This document shows positions 33,287 to 44,257 of a stretch of 64,000 nt of DNA, piece after piece (within the stretch, counting starts at the first letter, position 1; every line of letters starts with the position of its first letter). The stretch spans positions 744,001 through 808,000 of the forward strand of contig JAMWBK010000008.1 of assembly GCA_029953675.1 (NCBI GenBank), in the 5' to 3' direction. The DNA comes from Rhodosorus marinus CCMP1338 (Eukaryota; Plantae; Rhodophyta). The notes beneath the pieces were generated by a model. The model did not search any database, was not told the DNA's origin, and saw nothing but the letters and a program-made list of their open reading frames with translations. The position numbers and the translations under genes were made by a program.

Positions 33287-35437
33287 ATGGAGGGATTTGA
33301 GATGGAAGGTTTGGGTTTTGTGGGAGGTGCTCGGTTACCGGGCAAGCGTGTGGATGTCTTGCGGAGTGTTTGTTCGAGGAGACATCGTGTTCGATCTCAT
33401 TCAAAGGGGCTGTGGGTAGCGAAGCTGAGGTATGGTACGCGGTTTGGTGTCACGCCTGAAGAAGAGGAGGAGGTGGAGGTTGAGCAGCATATGCGATCGG
33501 TTGAAGGCCTGCTGAGAGCTGGATATCACGATCAGTCGTTCAAGAGGTATAGACATCTGAACGAGACAAATCGGCTTCGACCGCGGCAGTATGACAAGTC
33601 GATGAAGCTCTTCGGGGAGTTGGACAGTCTTCGTGTTGCTTGGATGATATTTGACGATTTTTGCAGTGAGGATTGTTGGCAAGAGCCCCAGCTTTCCTCC
33701 TACAATACAATCATGCACCAATGCATGCTGCGAAAGGACACGGCGAAAATTAAGGTCGCTTACTCCAGACTCATGAAAAGTGATCATTCACCGAATCTGT
33801 TTTCCTTCAAAACCTATATTCAGTGCCTATCCGAGGTCGGGGAAGTCCGGGAAATTGAGGATGCTCTGAAGGATATGGAAGCCTTCCAGATAAAACCGGA
33901 CGTCCACCTGCTTCGCAGCAACTTGAAAATGTACGCGAATTTGAAGGACGTGGAAGGCGTCAAATCATCCTACAACCGCATCCTCTCTCTGGGATTGAAG
34001 CCAGATAAGAGCACCTACAACCTGTACATCAACGCAGTTGGCAGGCAAGGAACTCTTGAGGAAGCTGAAAAAGCCTTCGACACTATGGAAAAGTCCAGAG
34101 GTATGAAGCCGGACGTGGTTACATTCAACACCCTTATAAAGCTGCAAATTCGAAACGGGAGGCTTGATCGTGCCAAGCACTACTACCAGCTCATGATTGC
34201 CCGTGGAGTAACGCCTAGCGAAGTAACCTTCTCAATACTTCTCAGCGCACTGGTGAGGTCTGGTGATGCCCGGAGCGTGAAATCTGCATTCCGAGAGATG
34301 GAGAAGTATGGCATTACTCCACAGGTCTATCACTTCAATTCGTTGATGGACATTCACCTTAAGAGCAGGAACCACGAAGAAGTTTTTGATCTGTTCCTTG
34401 AGATTCGTCGCCTTGGTTATAGAGCGGATAGGAGCACGTACAACTTGGTGCTTACGGCGTACGTCCGGGAGAGAAGGGAAATAGATGCGCTCGCAACTTT
34501 CGAGGACATGATGATGAAACATGTACGACCCGACCGCAACACATTTGCGCTCCTGATGCGGTTGTACAGCTCCGCTGAGGATGTGGAAAAGTGCCGGAGT
34601 TGGTTCCAGCGAATGATCAAAGACGGAGTCGCTCCTGGGGAGATAAACTATGCCCTGCTGATCGAGGCTTTCTTGCGAGCAGGGCTTGTGGAGGACGCTA
34701 AAGTTGCAGCGCTTGAAGTGGAAGCAAAGGATATCACACCTCGGACCCGACTGAGCATATGTAATATGAGACTGGCACTTGTCTTGAAAGATAGGATGCG
34801 CGCGCGGAAGATGGCAGAAGACCTATGGCTAAATAGAAAGGACTGGCGCTTCGAGCTGAATGATGTGGAGAACATTATCCAGATTCTCTCTCACGCGAAC
34901 GAGAACGAAATTGTTCTTAAGTTTGAGGAATTCCTGTACGAAAGGGGATGGGAGCCCTCTGTTCGGACAAGAAGAATTGTCAAGCGCATCAAGCACCCCG
35001 ATTTGATGAGGAATGAAACGCAGAATGAGCAGTCTGCTGCGTTCGTCGAAATGATAGATCGCTTCGCTCGGGCCAGTGACCTGATTCGTGCGAAGCGAGC
35101 GTTCAACAGAATGCTGGAGGAGGGAGTCAACCCTACGACCGAAGTTTACAACGCCATGATTCGCGCTTATTGTTTCTCCGGAGAGATCGGTATGGCATTG
35201 CGAACTCTGGGGGAGTTACGGACGTCTCTGTTCCTTGAGCCGGACGCTCTCAGCTACAAGCCAGTTGTGCTAGCCTTGGTTCGAGAAAAGCAATTGGACA
35301 AGGCAAAATCGCTGATAGAAGAAGCGAGGGCAATCGGCTTGACGGTCAGCCTCAGCTCGAAGCAACCGAATCCAAGCTCTGCTTCCGGTGACTCAGTTCC
35401 AGCAGCCTCGTCGCCAAGGGAACAGGAGAGCGTTTAA
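33287..35437 (+). CDS. P-class PPR protein (PPR8), single exon, probable plastid presequence
   Basis: MEGFEMEGLGFVGG start. Motifs DKSTYNLYINAVGRQG, DVVTFNTLIKLQIRNG, SEVTFSILLSALVRSG, TTEVYNAMIRAYCFSG. Confidence 0.93.
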   Translation: MEGFEMEGLGFVGGARLPGKRVDVLRSVCSRRHRVRSHSKGLWVAKLRYGTRFGVTPEEEEEVEVEQHMRSVEGLLRAGYHDQSFKRYRHLNETNRLRPRQYDKSMKLFGELDSLRVAWMIFDDFCSEDCWQEPQLSSYNTIMHQCMLRKDTAKIKVAYSRLMKSDHSPNLFSFKTYIQCLSEVGEVREIEDALKDMEAFQIKPDVHLLRSNLKMYANLKDVEGVKSSYNRILSLGLKPDKSTYNLYINAVGRQGTLEEAEKAFDTMEKSRGMKPDVVTFNTLIKLQIRNGRLDRAKHYYQLMIARGVTPSEVTFSILLSALVRSGDARSVKSAFREMEKYGITPQVYHFNSLMDIHLKSRNHEEVFDLFLEIRRLGYRADRSTYNLVLTAYVRERREIDALATFEDMMMKHVRPDRNTFALLMRLYSSAEDVEKCRSWFQRMIKDGVAPGEINYALLIEAFLRAGLVEDAKVAALEVEAKDITPRTRLSICNMRLALVLKDRMRARKMAEDLWLNRKDWRFELNDVENIIQILSHANENEIVLKFEEFLYERGWEPSVRTRRIVKRIKHPDLMRNETQNEQSAAFVEMIDRFARASDLIRAKRAFNRMLEEGVNPTTEVYNAMIRAYCFSGEIGMALRTLGELRTSLFLEPDALSYKPVVLALVREKQLDKAKSLIEEARAIGLTVSLSSKQPNPSSASGDSVPAASSPREQESV

Positions 35438-35704
35438 AAATCTCGAAACCGGAGCAAGTATGTTATGGAAGAGACTGTGTTAAGGCGGGACACAGTATAG
35501 GATAGGACACAACAGCATTGCTCGAGCTAAAAGCCACTCGTGTGGTATCTTCTGTAGATATGTTTCCTTTTACTAGACTGACAACAGAGTAGTGCTGAAA
35601 ATTTTTCTTAACAAAAACGACATCAGACCGTATGATCGTGAACTCTGTCACGAAGCTCGCTTGTCATCATCCTCAAAACGAGCGAGTAGATTCCCCACGA
35701 GGAG

Positions 35705-36713
35705 TCAGCCGAAGCCGTAAAGTTGGGTAAGGTAGTCAAAAGTCCGTTTTTGGATCCAGGCGACGACCTTGGGTTCCGGGAACTTTCTCCTTGGCTCGTA
35801 CAAGCCTTCCAGTTCGTATTCCCGGAACAAACAAGCGTGGTTGACGTTTGGGTGAAGGGTTTGTTTCAGCCTTGCTGAGAGAGGATTGTGACCGCGGGAA
35901 GGAAGGCTCAAGCTTTCCAAGCGGTGCTGACTCCTGCACTGGCAAACCACCAAGGCCATATCTATATTAAAAGGCGTATGAGATGGGAAGGCACAACTGA
36001 TCTTGAAAAAAAGAGAGCCAGACCATCAGATATCTATCTTTCCAACACCGCTTCTCCAGTCTAGCAGCCTCAACACAGACGGACGAGACGGGCCTAAATG
36101 AAATTTGCCCAACCTTTCGATTGCCTCGGGACAAATTCCTAAAACCAGTCCTGATGTGGAAAGATCGATACGAAATTCTCTGCGAAAGTCCAAAGCTCAT
36201 ACAATCTCTGATCATAGTATAATCCACAACACGTAGTGAAAGCGACGGTCTGCGGACGTAGAACCAGATCTTCACTTCAGAAGAGATCAGGGATATTAGC
36301 GAACTGCGGGGTTTCGAGTTCACTGGGAAGAGGATAGAAGGAGTTGAGGAATAGAACACAGAACAATCAAACCCAGTCGCTCACTAATATCCCCGATCTC
36401 CATTGTGGGACTGTTCACATCCGTATCAAACATTCAAACCTGAACAACGAAACACGGTTTGTTGGGGAAAGCAAAAATCCCCCCAAAAAAGTATTCCATA
36501 GATTCGTAGACTAACATGAGCAAGTCTAAGCACTTGGAAAATAGAAAGTAAATCGCCTGATACATACATCACTGCCATCACCAAAACACGCCCCAATCCA
36601 AAAGTCACCCTGTAGGAGCTATCCTCCACTTCACGCTTCATCCAACGAACAATCAAGTATTTGACTAATTTTGGAGCTGTTTTTAATTTTCCGGTCGTTA
36701 TGAAGGGTTTCAA
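35705..36713 (-). pseudogene. Putative decayed Ser/Thr kinase relic(s)
   Basis: In order: RWMKREVE (alphaC), LVMAVMYVSGDLLS (hinge, cf. LVMEYVSGGDLL), NSKPRSSLISLISSEVKIW (cf. DLKPENLLI...VKI), MSFGLSQ (cf. DFGLS). Further downstream LHPNV..FREY...KFPEPKVVAWIQ. Confidence 0.42.
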
Positions 36714-37367
36714 TTGACTCGTTTTCTGACGAGGAAGAAGAGGTCGCCGTCATGGTGTCGGAAAAGCATTGAAATTCGATCCGAATTCCCCTTTTGGGGG
36801 GAGTGAGGATGGGGAAGGGTTTTAAGGGGTTGGTTTCTCGTAATTGTTGAGGTGGGAGGGAGGTTTGGAAGGGAGAGAAGACAGATCCGTTTGAGGAGAG
36901 GGAGGAAGGCGTTTTTTTGGTGAGTTAGGGATTTTATTGGTTGTTGTGAAGGCTTCTATGGTTGAGGAGAAACGCTGGGGTGTGTGTTTATTTTCTTTTG
37001 GCGATGAAGTAATGGGTTTCGTTTTTGAAATGAGACGGACGAAGGGGCTTTTAGGCTGTTGCTAGCTGCTCGTTCACTGATTTTGGGCCTTTGGAGAAAA
37101 TGGAGGAAGAGTAGTCTATTTGTATGTTTCTGTGGAATTTTTTTTGCTGTGGTCAAGGAGTTGTGGCAAGGGGTGCTCGGGTGCGGAATCGTGGTTTGAA
37201 GGAAGTCCAGAGGCGCTGACCTGAAGGCAGTTGGTAGTTTTATGTTAACATGTAGGATATAGAGTTGAAGAGAATTGCGTTTTTGAGGGGTGCTTGCAAG
37301 AGCAGTAGGAAGCTGTTTGTATTGCTTGGTTGTTGTGAAGGCTTGTATATGTAACCGTTGCGGCGAA

Positions 37368-39446
37368 ATGATGCTTTCGCGTGTCTACAGTGCTTGGCCC
37401 CGTCGGCGCCTCGTTTTCGGGAGCATTTCCCGGAGCTGCGCGTCTTGGGAGGGTGGCGACCATGCAAAGAGGCGAGCAAGGGCGGATCGAAGTTCCAGAG
37501 CAAGCCCGATCTATTCAACACGGGGTGGAGATAGGGACGAAATACTGGGAACAGTGAGGAGGGTCATGCAAAATGATCCGAAGCTGCCCGACGTGCTTGA
37601 TGTGCTGAAGCTGCTGTTTAGGAATAGGATGATCAGAGAAGCAGAAGAAAATTTTGAGGACATGTTGAAAAAGTTTGACTCAGGAGCTGATCGGAGACGA
37701 CGAAAAAGTGATATCAGCTCGCTCTTCGGGGAGATGCTACGCCTCTACTCGGAGATCGGAATGGAATCGCAAACTTCGTGGCTCTTAAAGCGCCTGAAAG
37801 CCATGGGAATCCCTGCGCGACTGGAATTCTACGTGATGCACTTGAAAGCTGCGCTTCAACGCAGATCATACGGCGAAGTGCGCAGAACTTACGAACGTAT
37901 CTTAGAAGCTGGATACAAGCCTCCTCAAGAGGCGGCGATTGCCGTATTGAAGACACGTTTATATGAAGGAGATGTTTTGAGATCTCATGAATGCCTCCGG
38001 CATATAAGACAGATGAAATTCCCTCCGGATAGGGCTCAGGCGAAGGTCCTCAACGGGATGATCTTTTACTTGTTCAAACTGGAGGGAAATCTGGGCAAGG
38101 CAAGGGAGTACTTTAACAAGCTCATGAATGATCCAGAGCCTCACGAATGCGTTAATCGAGTTGTGTTCAGGGAAATGATGTCGCTGCTGGGATGCGCGAG
38201 CTACTGGGGCGAAGCTGTGAAGCTCTTTGACATGATGGAGGGCAAATTTCTAATTGAACGCGATGCGTCTGTCGTGAGGGTACTAGTGTTGGCACTGAGC
38301 CAGGTGGGGGATCAGGAACGGCTATTTGAAGTTTTGAAGGACGCAGCGAGAGCTCACCTGGATGTCCAAGTAAGCAACGTACTCCTGACTAAACTCGTGA
38401 CAGAGTCGCAGGGCGATTCTGCCAAACTCCGCATCATCTACGAGCTATTTCTAACCGGCGGACGACGAAGACGAACGTCGGACTGGTATTTTAAGCAGAC
38501 GATGCGGTATGCTCTGAATCTTGAGGATGTGGAGTTGTCAATGGAGATCTTGGAGGCTTCGCTTCGTGCCAAGTCCACGCCGGCTTACTCTCAAACGAAG
38601 CACCTACTAGTAGTATCCGGAAGAAAAGGCCTGATCGATGAGGCGCGACGGGCTGCGGAGGTGCTTCAAGAGGTTTTCCGAGACAAGAACTTTCATACCT
38701 TTTACTGGTTGATCAACGCATGCGCGAACGCCGATCAACCCGCTTTGAGCGAACAGTATCTAAAGGAAGCAGTAGATTTTGGACTTAAACAGAAGACGAT
38801 TCTGTGGGATAGGGTACTTCACGTACACGCCCGCCGAGGTGATTTCGATAGAGTTCGAGAGCTGCTGGTGGAAATGAGGCACATGGGAGCCGCTCTTAGC
38901 GCACAGAGTTTCTGCATTCTTGCACTTGGACACGCACAGAATGGCGACTCCGAAGGCGTAGAACAAGCAATAGCAGACATGAGAGCGGAGGGATTCCCAA
39001 ATAACAGAGTTTCGTACAATACGCTGTTGAAGGTCTACACTAAGAAAAGGGACATTGAGGCTATTACTGAGTGTTGGAACGCGATGAGGAAGGAGAACAT
39101 TAAGCCAAACGTCTACACGTATTCCACGCTGATTGCCGCGCTCGCGTACTGTGGAAGGATTGATCAAGCGCGTGAGCTCTTGCATGAGGTGATCGCGGCA
39201 GGAATAAAGCCGATTGCGGGTACGTTCGACCCTGTTGTTCGGGTCTACATTGAAGAAGGCAGACACCAAGAAGCTATGGAGATTTACCAGAAGCTTCGGG
39301 AGACTGGCGTTCAACCGGATGCCAGGTTGTACGACGTTCTCCTCCCGAAGCTCTGCGAATCGGTGTCCCCAGCGCAGTTGGACGTTTTCCAGGATACAGC
39401 AGTAGAACTGTTCGGTGCAGCTGATGCGGATGGCCAGCGAGGCTAG
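37368..39446 (+). CDS. PPR protein (PPR9), single exon, degenerate N-terminal repeats, probable mitochondrial presequence
   Basis: MMLSRVYSAWPRRRLVFGSISRSCAS start. Canonical C-terminal motifs NRVSYNTLLKVYTKKR and NVYTYSTLIAALAYCG. Confidence 0.9.
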   Translation: MMLSRVYSAWPRRRLVFGSISRSCASWEGGDHAKRRARADRSSRASPIYSTRGGDRDEILGTVRRVMQNDPKLPDVLDVLKLLFRNRMIREAEENFEDMLKKFDSGADRRRRKSDISSLFGEMLRLYSEIGMESQTSWLLKRLKAMGIPARLEFYVMHLKAALQRRSYGEVRRTYERILEAGYKPPQEAAIAVLKTRLYEGDVLRSHECLRHIRQMKFPPDRAQAKVLNGMIFYLFKLEGNLGKAREYFNKLMNDPEPHECVNRVVFREMMSLLGCASYWGEAVKLFDMMEGKFLIERDASVVRVLVLALSQVGDQERLFEVLKDAARAHLDVQVSNVLLTKLVTESQGDSAKLRIIYELFLTGGRRRRTSDWYFKQTMRYALNLEDVELSMEILEASLRAKSTPAYSQTKHLLVVSGRKGLIDEARRAAEVLQEVFRDKNFHTFYWLINACANADQPALSEQYLKEAVDFGLKQKTILWDRVLHVHARRGDFDRVRELLVEMRHMGAALSAQSFCILALGHAQNGDSEGVEQAIADMRAEGFPNNRVSYNTLLKVYTKKRDIEAITECWNAMRKENIKPNVYTYSTLIAALAYCGRIDQARELLHEVIAAGIKPIAGTFDPVVRVYIEEGRHQEAMEIYQKLRETGVQPDARLYDVLLPKLCESVSPAQLDVFQDTAVELFGAADADGQRG

Positions 39447-39959
39447 TTTCAGAATAGGGCTACCGTATTGACTAACCACTCTGCACCTCGGTTCATCGGG
39501 ATCGTCCAGAGATGAAGCAGAGCAACGAAACAACCGGAGAATCCCGTAGCAGCCATTCTCCGAACTGTTCGGACTCGGTGGACGCTAAGATGGTCACCTG
39601 TTTTGTCCTATTATTATTATCTTTTAACTGTGAATAATCCTGAATTCCTCCCACACTCCAAGGCAAAAGGGTGTCCAGCATCCCTGGTGGAGCTTTGTAA
39701 GATAGGGGGGAGGTCGGACGTTGCCAAGTGAAATCGATTCACATACTAAATATACATCTTCTCAAATCTTGATGAGTCGCCTGAGTCAATATCATCATCA
39801 TGCTGCAAATATCTAGGAGCTGCTCCGCACTGCGCATTGGTGAGAAGCATCGCTACCGCTGACACTGCCCATTAGCTGCAGGGGGAGCCACGTCCCAGCG
39901 GAACATAATTACATACTGTCTGTGCGCGCTCCGCGAGCATTTGACTTCCAACAGCGGGG

Positions 39960-40416
39960 ACGAGCCCGGTTCTTAGCCCGTGGTCCAGTTGCTGGGGAGG
40001 TTGCCGAGTCCAATTGGTGAACGAAAACCGCAAATGAAGAAGAAGAGGTCTTGACCGTTGCACGCAACGACACTCTTTCATGAAACAAGTCTGGTTTGCA
40101 TTATTGTAATCCCCGTAGCTGTCTCGGTCTTAAGACCAAGGAGTGCCTTTCAGTCTATATAGCAAAGAACTAGCTCTTCATAAGCTCCCGGATTGCGAAG
40201 AAGTATTACATTCAGATGGAGTTTCATGTGACAGATCCAATTCCTCTGCAGAGCCTCTAGCAGATCAGTGAGAATCCCGTGGCTAGCGGTTAACGCACTT
40301 CGGGGTTGCGGACAGAACTTCGAGAGCGGGGTCATGATAAACTCGAGGAGTTTGCTCAAACCAATCGCTCCTACTGGCTTTTCATACGCGGAACTGATCC
40401 TCCCAAAATACCCCAA
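39960..40416 (-). pseudogene. Putative decayed Ser/Thr kinase relic (C-lobe), clearest example
   Basis: One frame through two stops: SKLLEFIM, ILTDLLEALQRNWICHMKLHLNVILL (cf. LEYLHRNGICHRDLKPENILL), LVLCYID*, LKTETATG, *KSVVACNGQDLFFFICGF (cf. DVWSCGVILF..LCGF). Confidence 0.55.
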
Positions 40417-40576
40417 AAGTTGAAGTCATGTCTAGTTGGAACCTCCTTGAATGCAAAGCAGGCATAGGCTCTCACAACAGTGTCGTGGAGTGGGACCGTC
40501 AGGACCTAAGCTTCTTCATCTGCGGCTTTCGTTCACGACTTGGAAGGGGCAACCGCCCCAGCTACTTGTACTACGG
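39978..40576. repeat. Diverged inverted repeat, arms about 39978-40102 and 40450-40576
   Basis: The reverse complement of the left arm (agtgtcgttgcgtgcaacggtcaagacctcttcttcttcatttgcggttttcgttcacc...ggcaacctccccagc) aligns without gaps to the right arm (agtgtcgtggagtgggaccgtcaggacctaagcttcttcatctgcggctttcgttcacg...ggcaaccgccccagc). Roughly three quarters identical over about 97 nt, by eye. Confidence 0.85.
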
Positions 40577-40813
40577 TGCTGGCTCAAACGTGAAGAGAAG
40601 CAGAGAACAGCGGTTGTGTCAAAGACCATCAACCGTACCAAAGCAGCCTCAATGCAGCACCAGTTTTGGCTGGGAGATTCCTAGGGATTTAGTTGTGCTT
40701 GACAGAGCCTTGGTTTCTTATCGCTTTGCTTTCGAGTGGACTTGGGAGGGGTCAATTACGGAGGATTTGTTCTGAACGATGGGAAGTAGCTTAGCACCCA
40801 AATCTTTGCGAGG

Positions 40814-42907
40814 ATGAGAGGGCGTGAGGAAGATTCGTGTGGGTTCGTTTGCCCCTCGGGACTCTTCGCTGAACGATGTTTTAGGTTTAGGAGGAAAAAA
40901 ACGGCGGTTTGCGCAAAGGCAAAGTCAAGTGGATATGAGGAGTATGAAGACGAGCGTGGTAAAGGTTTCCTCGTTGGTCGGGAGGATGAGGGTCGCATGT
41001 CGTGGAGAGTTCTCGGGTCCTCGTTTTCCGAGGACGCGAGAAGAAGGAGAAATGAGGATCCCGCTCCAGGAATGGAAGAAGGAGGCGTTCTTTGGGAGAT
41101 ACGAGACTTCTTAGAGGCAGGAGATGCTACCGGTGCTTGGATCGTGTACAGACAGAATGTTGGAGATTTCTCGCTTAATCTATTTAACTGTTTGGTGAAC
41201 TTGTTTGGAAATTTCGATTCCCTGGATTCTGCCGATCGAGTTTTTAGCGACCTCTGTGACAATTACGAGCCCGATCACGTCACGTACAATACGCTTCTCA
41301 CCTTGCAGAGCAAACGAGGCGAATACAAAACTCTCTGGTGGACGTACGAAAAGATGATAGAAAATGGAATCGTCCCAACTCTACATACCTACACCATTCT
41401 CATCACGGCAGCGTGTCGTCAGGGCAATATGGAACTGGCGGAAAATCTGTTTCTGCGGATGGCCTTGCAGAAAGAACAGCCGCTTTCGCCGAATATTCTT
41501 ACCTTCAACGCGCTACTAAGTGGATATGCTAAGCTCGGAGATGAAGAAGCCGCCGAAGAAGTTGCCGACCGCATGGTTAGGGCGAGAGTTGGTCCAGATC
41601 ATGTAACTTTGACCAGTCTCATGCTGATGTACTTGGAGAAAAGGAATTTTCCCGCTGCCAGAAGGTTCTTTCTGCAGCTTCGGAGCGGCAACTGGATATT
41701 TTCCAAAGGAACTTATGCCGCGCAAGTCAAGTACTGCGCCCTCACCAACAACCACTGGCAGCTTGGTAAGATCAGCGAAGAAATTTTGGTCAACCGGGTC
41801 GAGTTGGATGGTCCTGCTGCTGTTCAGCTGGTTACTACTATGATTCGACTGGGCCGGTTCGATGATTTGGCTGAGATGGTTGAGTACTGCAACAAATCCT
41901 CGAACAGCAAGCCTGTGTATGGTAAGCATGTACTGGAAGCTGTTCTCAGAAGGACTTTGGATGTGGGTGGAGGGTGCAAGGACGCTGTGGACGCGATGGA
42001 GGCACTGCCATTCTTTGAGCACTTGTGGACAACAAAATACTTCAATGCTGTTTTGAAGGGTGCACAGCGAAATGGTGAACTCGACCTCGTTCGCCTGAGT
42101 GCCCAGGTCATGAGAGGCATCGGTGTTAAGCCATCGGTCGCTACGTTCACAATTCTGCTGGAAACCACGGAGGCGGGCAACATCTCGGATGAAGCAGAGC
42201 GCTTGATCAAGTACATGCACCGCTATGGGGTACGCCCTGATCTTGTGTTCTTCAGAACGTGGCTCAAACTGGAGCAGAGACAAGGGAACATCAACGCTGC
42301 GGAGAGAACCCTGGAGCTAATGGAGAAGTTCAACTTGCATCCTGAGGCGCCGGACTACTCAGCATTGATGTGTGAGTGCGTTCGACAGAAAAACTTTCGG
42401 CGTTTGCGGCAACTCCTAGACGAGATGGATCGACGCGGGCTGCAACCTGACCTCGTGTTTGTCAACGAGCTGCTCAACGCCTTCGCTGCAATTGGAGCAG
42501 TCAGAGAGGCAGAGGACTTCCTCCAACAGGTTCAACGAACGTCCCTGAAACCGGACAGGATTACTTACAACACCATAATCAAGCTTCACGCGAGACGAGG
42601 CAACCTGGACAGCGCCGAGAGACTCCTGAAGAATATGCCGAGTCCTGACCGCATTTCATACAACACCTTAGTGGCTGCCTCGGCGTTTCACAACGACTTC
42701 CATCGAGTACATCGACTGCTCCGCAACATGGAAGCTCGCCACAATACAAAGCCCGACGTCGCCACCTACACGTCGATCGTTGGCGCGCTAACCCGAGCGG
42801 GTGAAACATCAAAAGCGAAACTGTATTTGAAGAGGATGCAGGACAGCGGCATTCAACCCAACAAGGAGACGCAACGCTACCTGCAAGAGCTCAAGGAAGG
42901 CGATTAA
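40814..42907 (+). CDS. P-class PPR protein (PPR10), single exon, probable plastid presequence
   Basis: MRGREEDSCGFVCPSG start. Motifs DHVTYNTLLTLQSKRG, NILTFNALLSGYAKLG, DRITYNTIIKLHARRG, DVATYTSIVGALTRAG. Confidence 0.94.
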   Translation: MRGREEDSCGFVCPSGLFAERCFRFRRKKTAVCAKAKSSGYEEYEDERGKGFLVGREDEGRMSWRVLGSSFSEDARRRRNEDPAPGMEEGGVLWEIRDFLEAGDATGAWIVYRQNVGDFSLNLFNCLVNLFGNFDSLDSADRVFSDLCDNYEPDHVTYNTLLTLQSKRGEYKTLWWTYEKMIENGIVPTLHTYTILITAACRQGNMELAENLFLRMALQKEQPLSPNILTFNALLSGYAKLGDEEAAEEVADRMVRARVGPDHVTLTSLMLMYLEKRNFPAARRFFLQLRSGNWIFSKGTYAAQVKYCALTNNHWQLGKISEEILVNRVELDGPAAVQLVTTMIRLGRFDDLAEMVEYCNKSSNSKPVYGKHVLEAVLRRTLDVGGGCKDAVDAMEALPFFEHLWTTKYFNAVLKGAQRNGELDLVRLSAQVMRGIGVKPSVATFTILLETTEAGNISDEAERLIKYMHRYGVRPDLVFFRTWLKLEQRQGNINAAERTLELMEKFNLHPEAPDYSALMCECVRQKNFRRLRQLLDEMDRRGLQPDLVFVNELLNAFAAIGAVREAEDFLQQVQRTSLKPDRITYNTIIKLHARRGNLDSAERLLKNMPSPDRISYNTLVAASAFHNDFHRVHRLLRNMEARHNTKPDVATYTSIVGALTRAGETSKAKLYLKRMQDSGIQPNKETQRYLQELKEGD

Positions 42908-44257
42908 TCCCCCACAGGCCGTAAAAGCTTGTAAAACCTCGCAATCCCGTGGTATTCATGTGAATTCCGATGTAGATGATTAGTAGGGATGTATTAAGCT
43001 GATCAGACCACTGCCAAGCAGTAACCAGGATTGGCTTTGGTCCGAGTAGGAACTCAGCACATAGGATGTAAGAGTAGCACAAAACAAAAGAAGAAATCTG
43101 GCAAATCAATTTATACTAAAAACTAAAGCATCTTCTTAGTATATTGATATTTATTTTCAATACATGATAGTCGCCGTTGATTGATGAAAGAAACATAACT
43201 AGTATTTATCCGCTTGCTCGTAGAACTACGATTTTTGAGTAAATTTGTTCACTCCGAAGACATTTTTGTCCCAAAACGAAAACGGCTTCTGTGAATTGTT
43301 TTCTAAATACTCTGCTTTTGTGGAGATTGGACTGGGTTTTGGAAGAATTGGTTCCGGGACGGCGTAATTTATTAGGAAAAACAGTTTTATTCTGGCCGGG
43401 GGGATTGGCATGATAATATTTGCTTTCGTGCCGGTATGGCGGACTCCTTGAGCAAGCCAGCTTAATGAAGGAGTCGATTGCGTGTCTGGAAAATCTAAGA
43501 GAAGCCGATCATTTGCTCAACAGGACAGAGCTCTGGACAAGATGCGGGTCCTCTTCAAGGGACCAACTCAAATACCCTCGCGCTCTCGTCCCACTTTACC
43601 AACGTTGGTGCTGATTCCTCGCCATACATGCGAAGCACAGAAGACATTCAAGAAGAGACAACAGCAGTGTTAGCTGGTAAATAACGGTGCTTCATGCCAA
43701 CTTCCCCATTCGTTTAGTTGTTCAGTTCACATCGACGTACAAGCTCGCCACCGTACAAAACCTAAACCGCAGTCGTAACGGAGATGGTGCACAAATCATA
43801 TGGAGCTTTCAAATCATTCAGAGTGAAAAGACAATCTTCATGAATCACGTCCTGCCCAAGTCTGCGTGAGCGGTTTAGACGGAATCTCAACGTCCCGGCG
43901 CTCGTCACAACACTGACGGCAAAAACCGTCTCCCCGGCAGGATAAAGTTTACAAGGTAAATTTATCTATAATTCTTTTAGTCCGAATTATATGAGCAGAA
44001 GGCTCAAATCGCCTACAGAAGTCGAAGTAATCTCGATTTGTATTGAAATTATTTTCATAATTTTTGTTTTTCGGTTGCCGTTGCGGTGGTCATGGAGGAA
44101 ATGGATGTGTGAGAAGGGGGAAGCAGATGAACGATGGGGAGATGGAAATCTCTTTAGGAATGATGGGTGTCGAGCAGTTCTGACAGGTTTTATTCGTTTG
44201 ATAAGACTAAGGTTATAAAGTGATTCTTCCAAATTTGACTGAGCCTAGGGATGTAAA

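Noticed and set aside
40150-40416. EKPVGAIGLSKLLEFIM read as non-LTR reverse transcriptase (YRPISLL..LSKLLE)
   Set aside because: No downstream RT motifs (QG, YADD); the rest of the frame fits a kinase much better.
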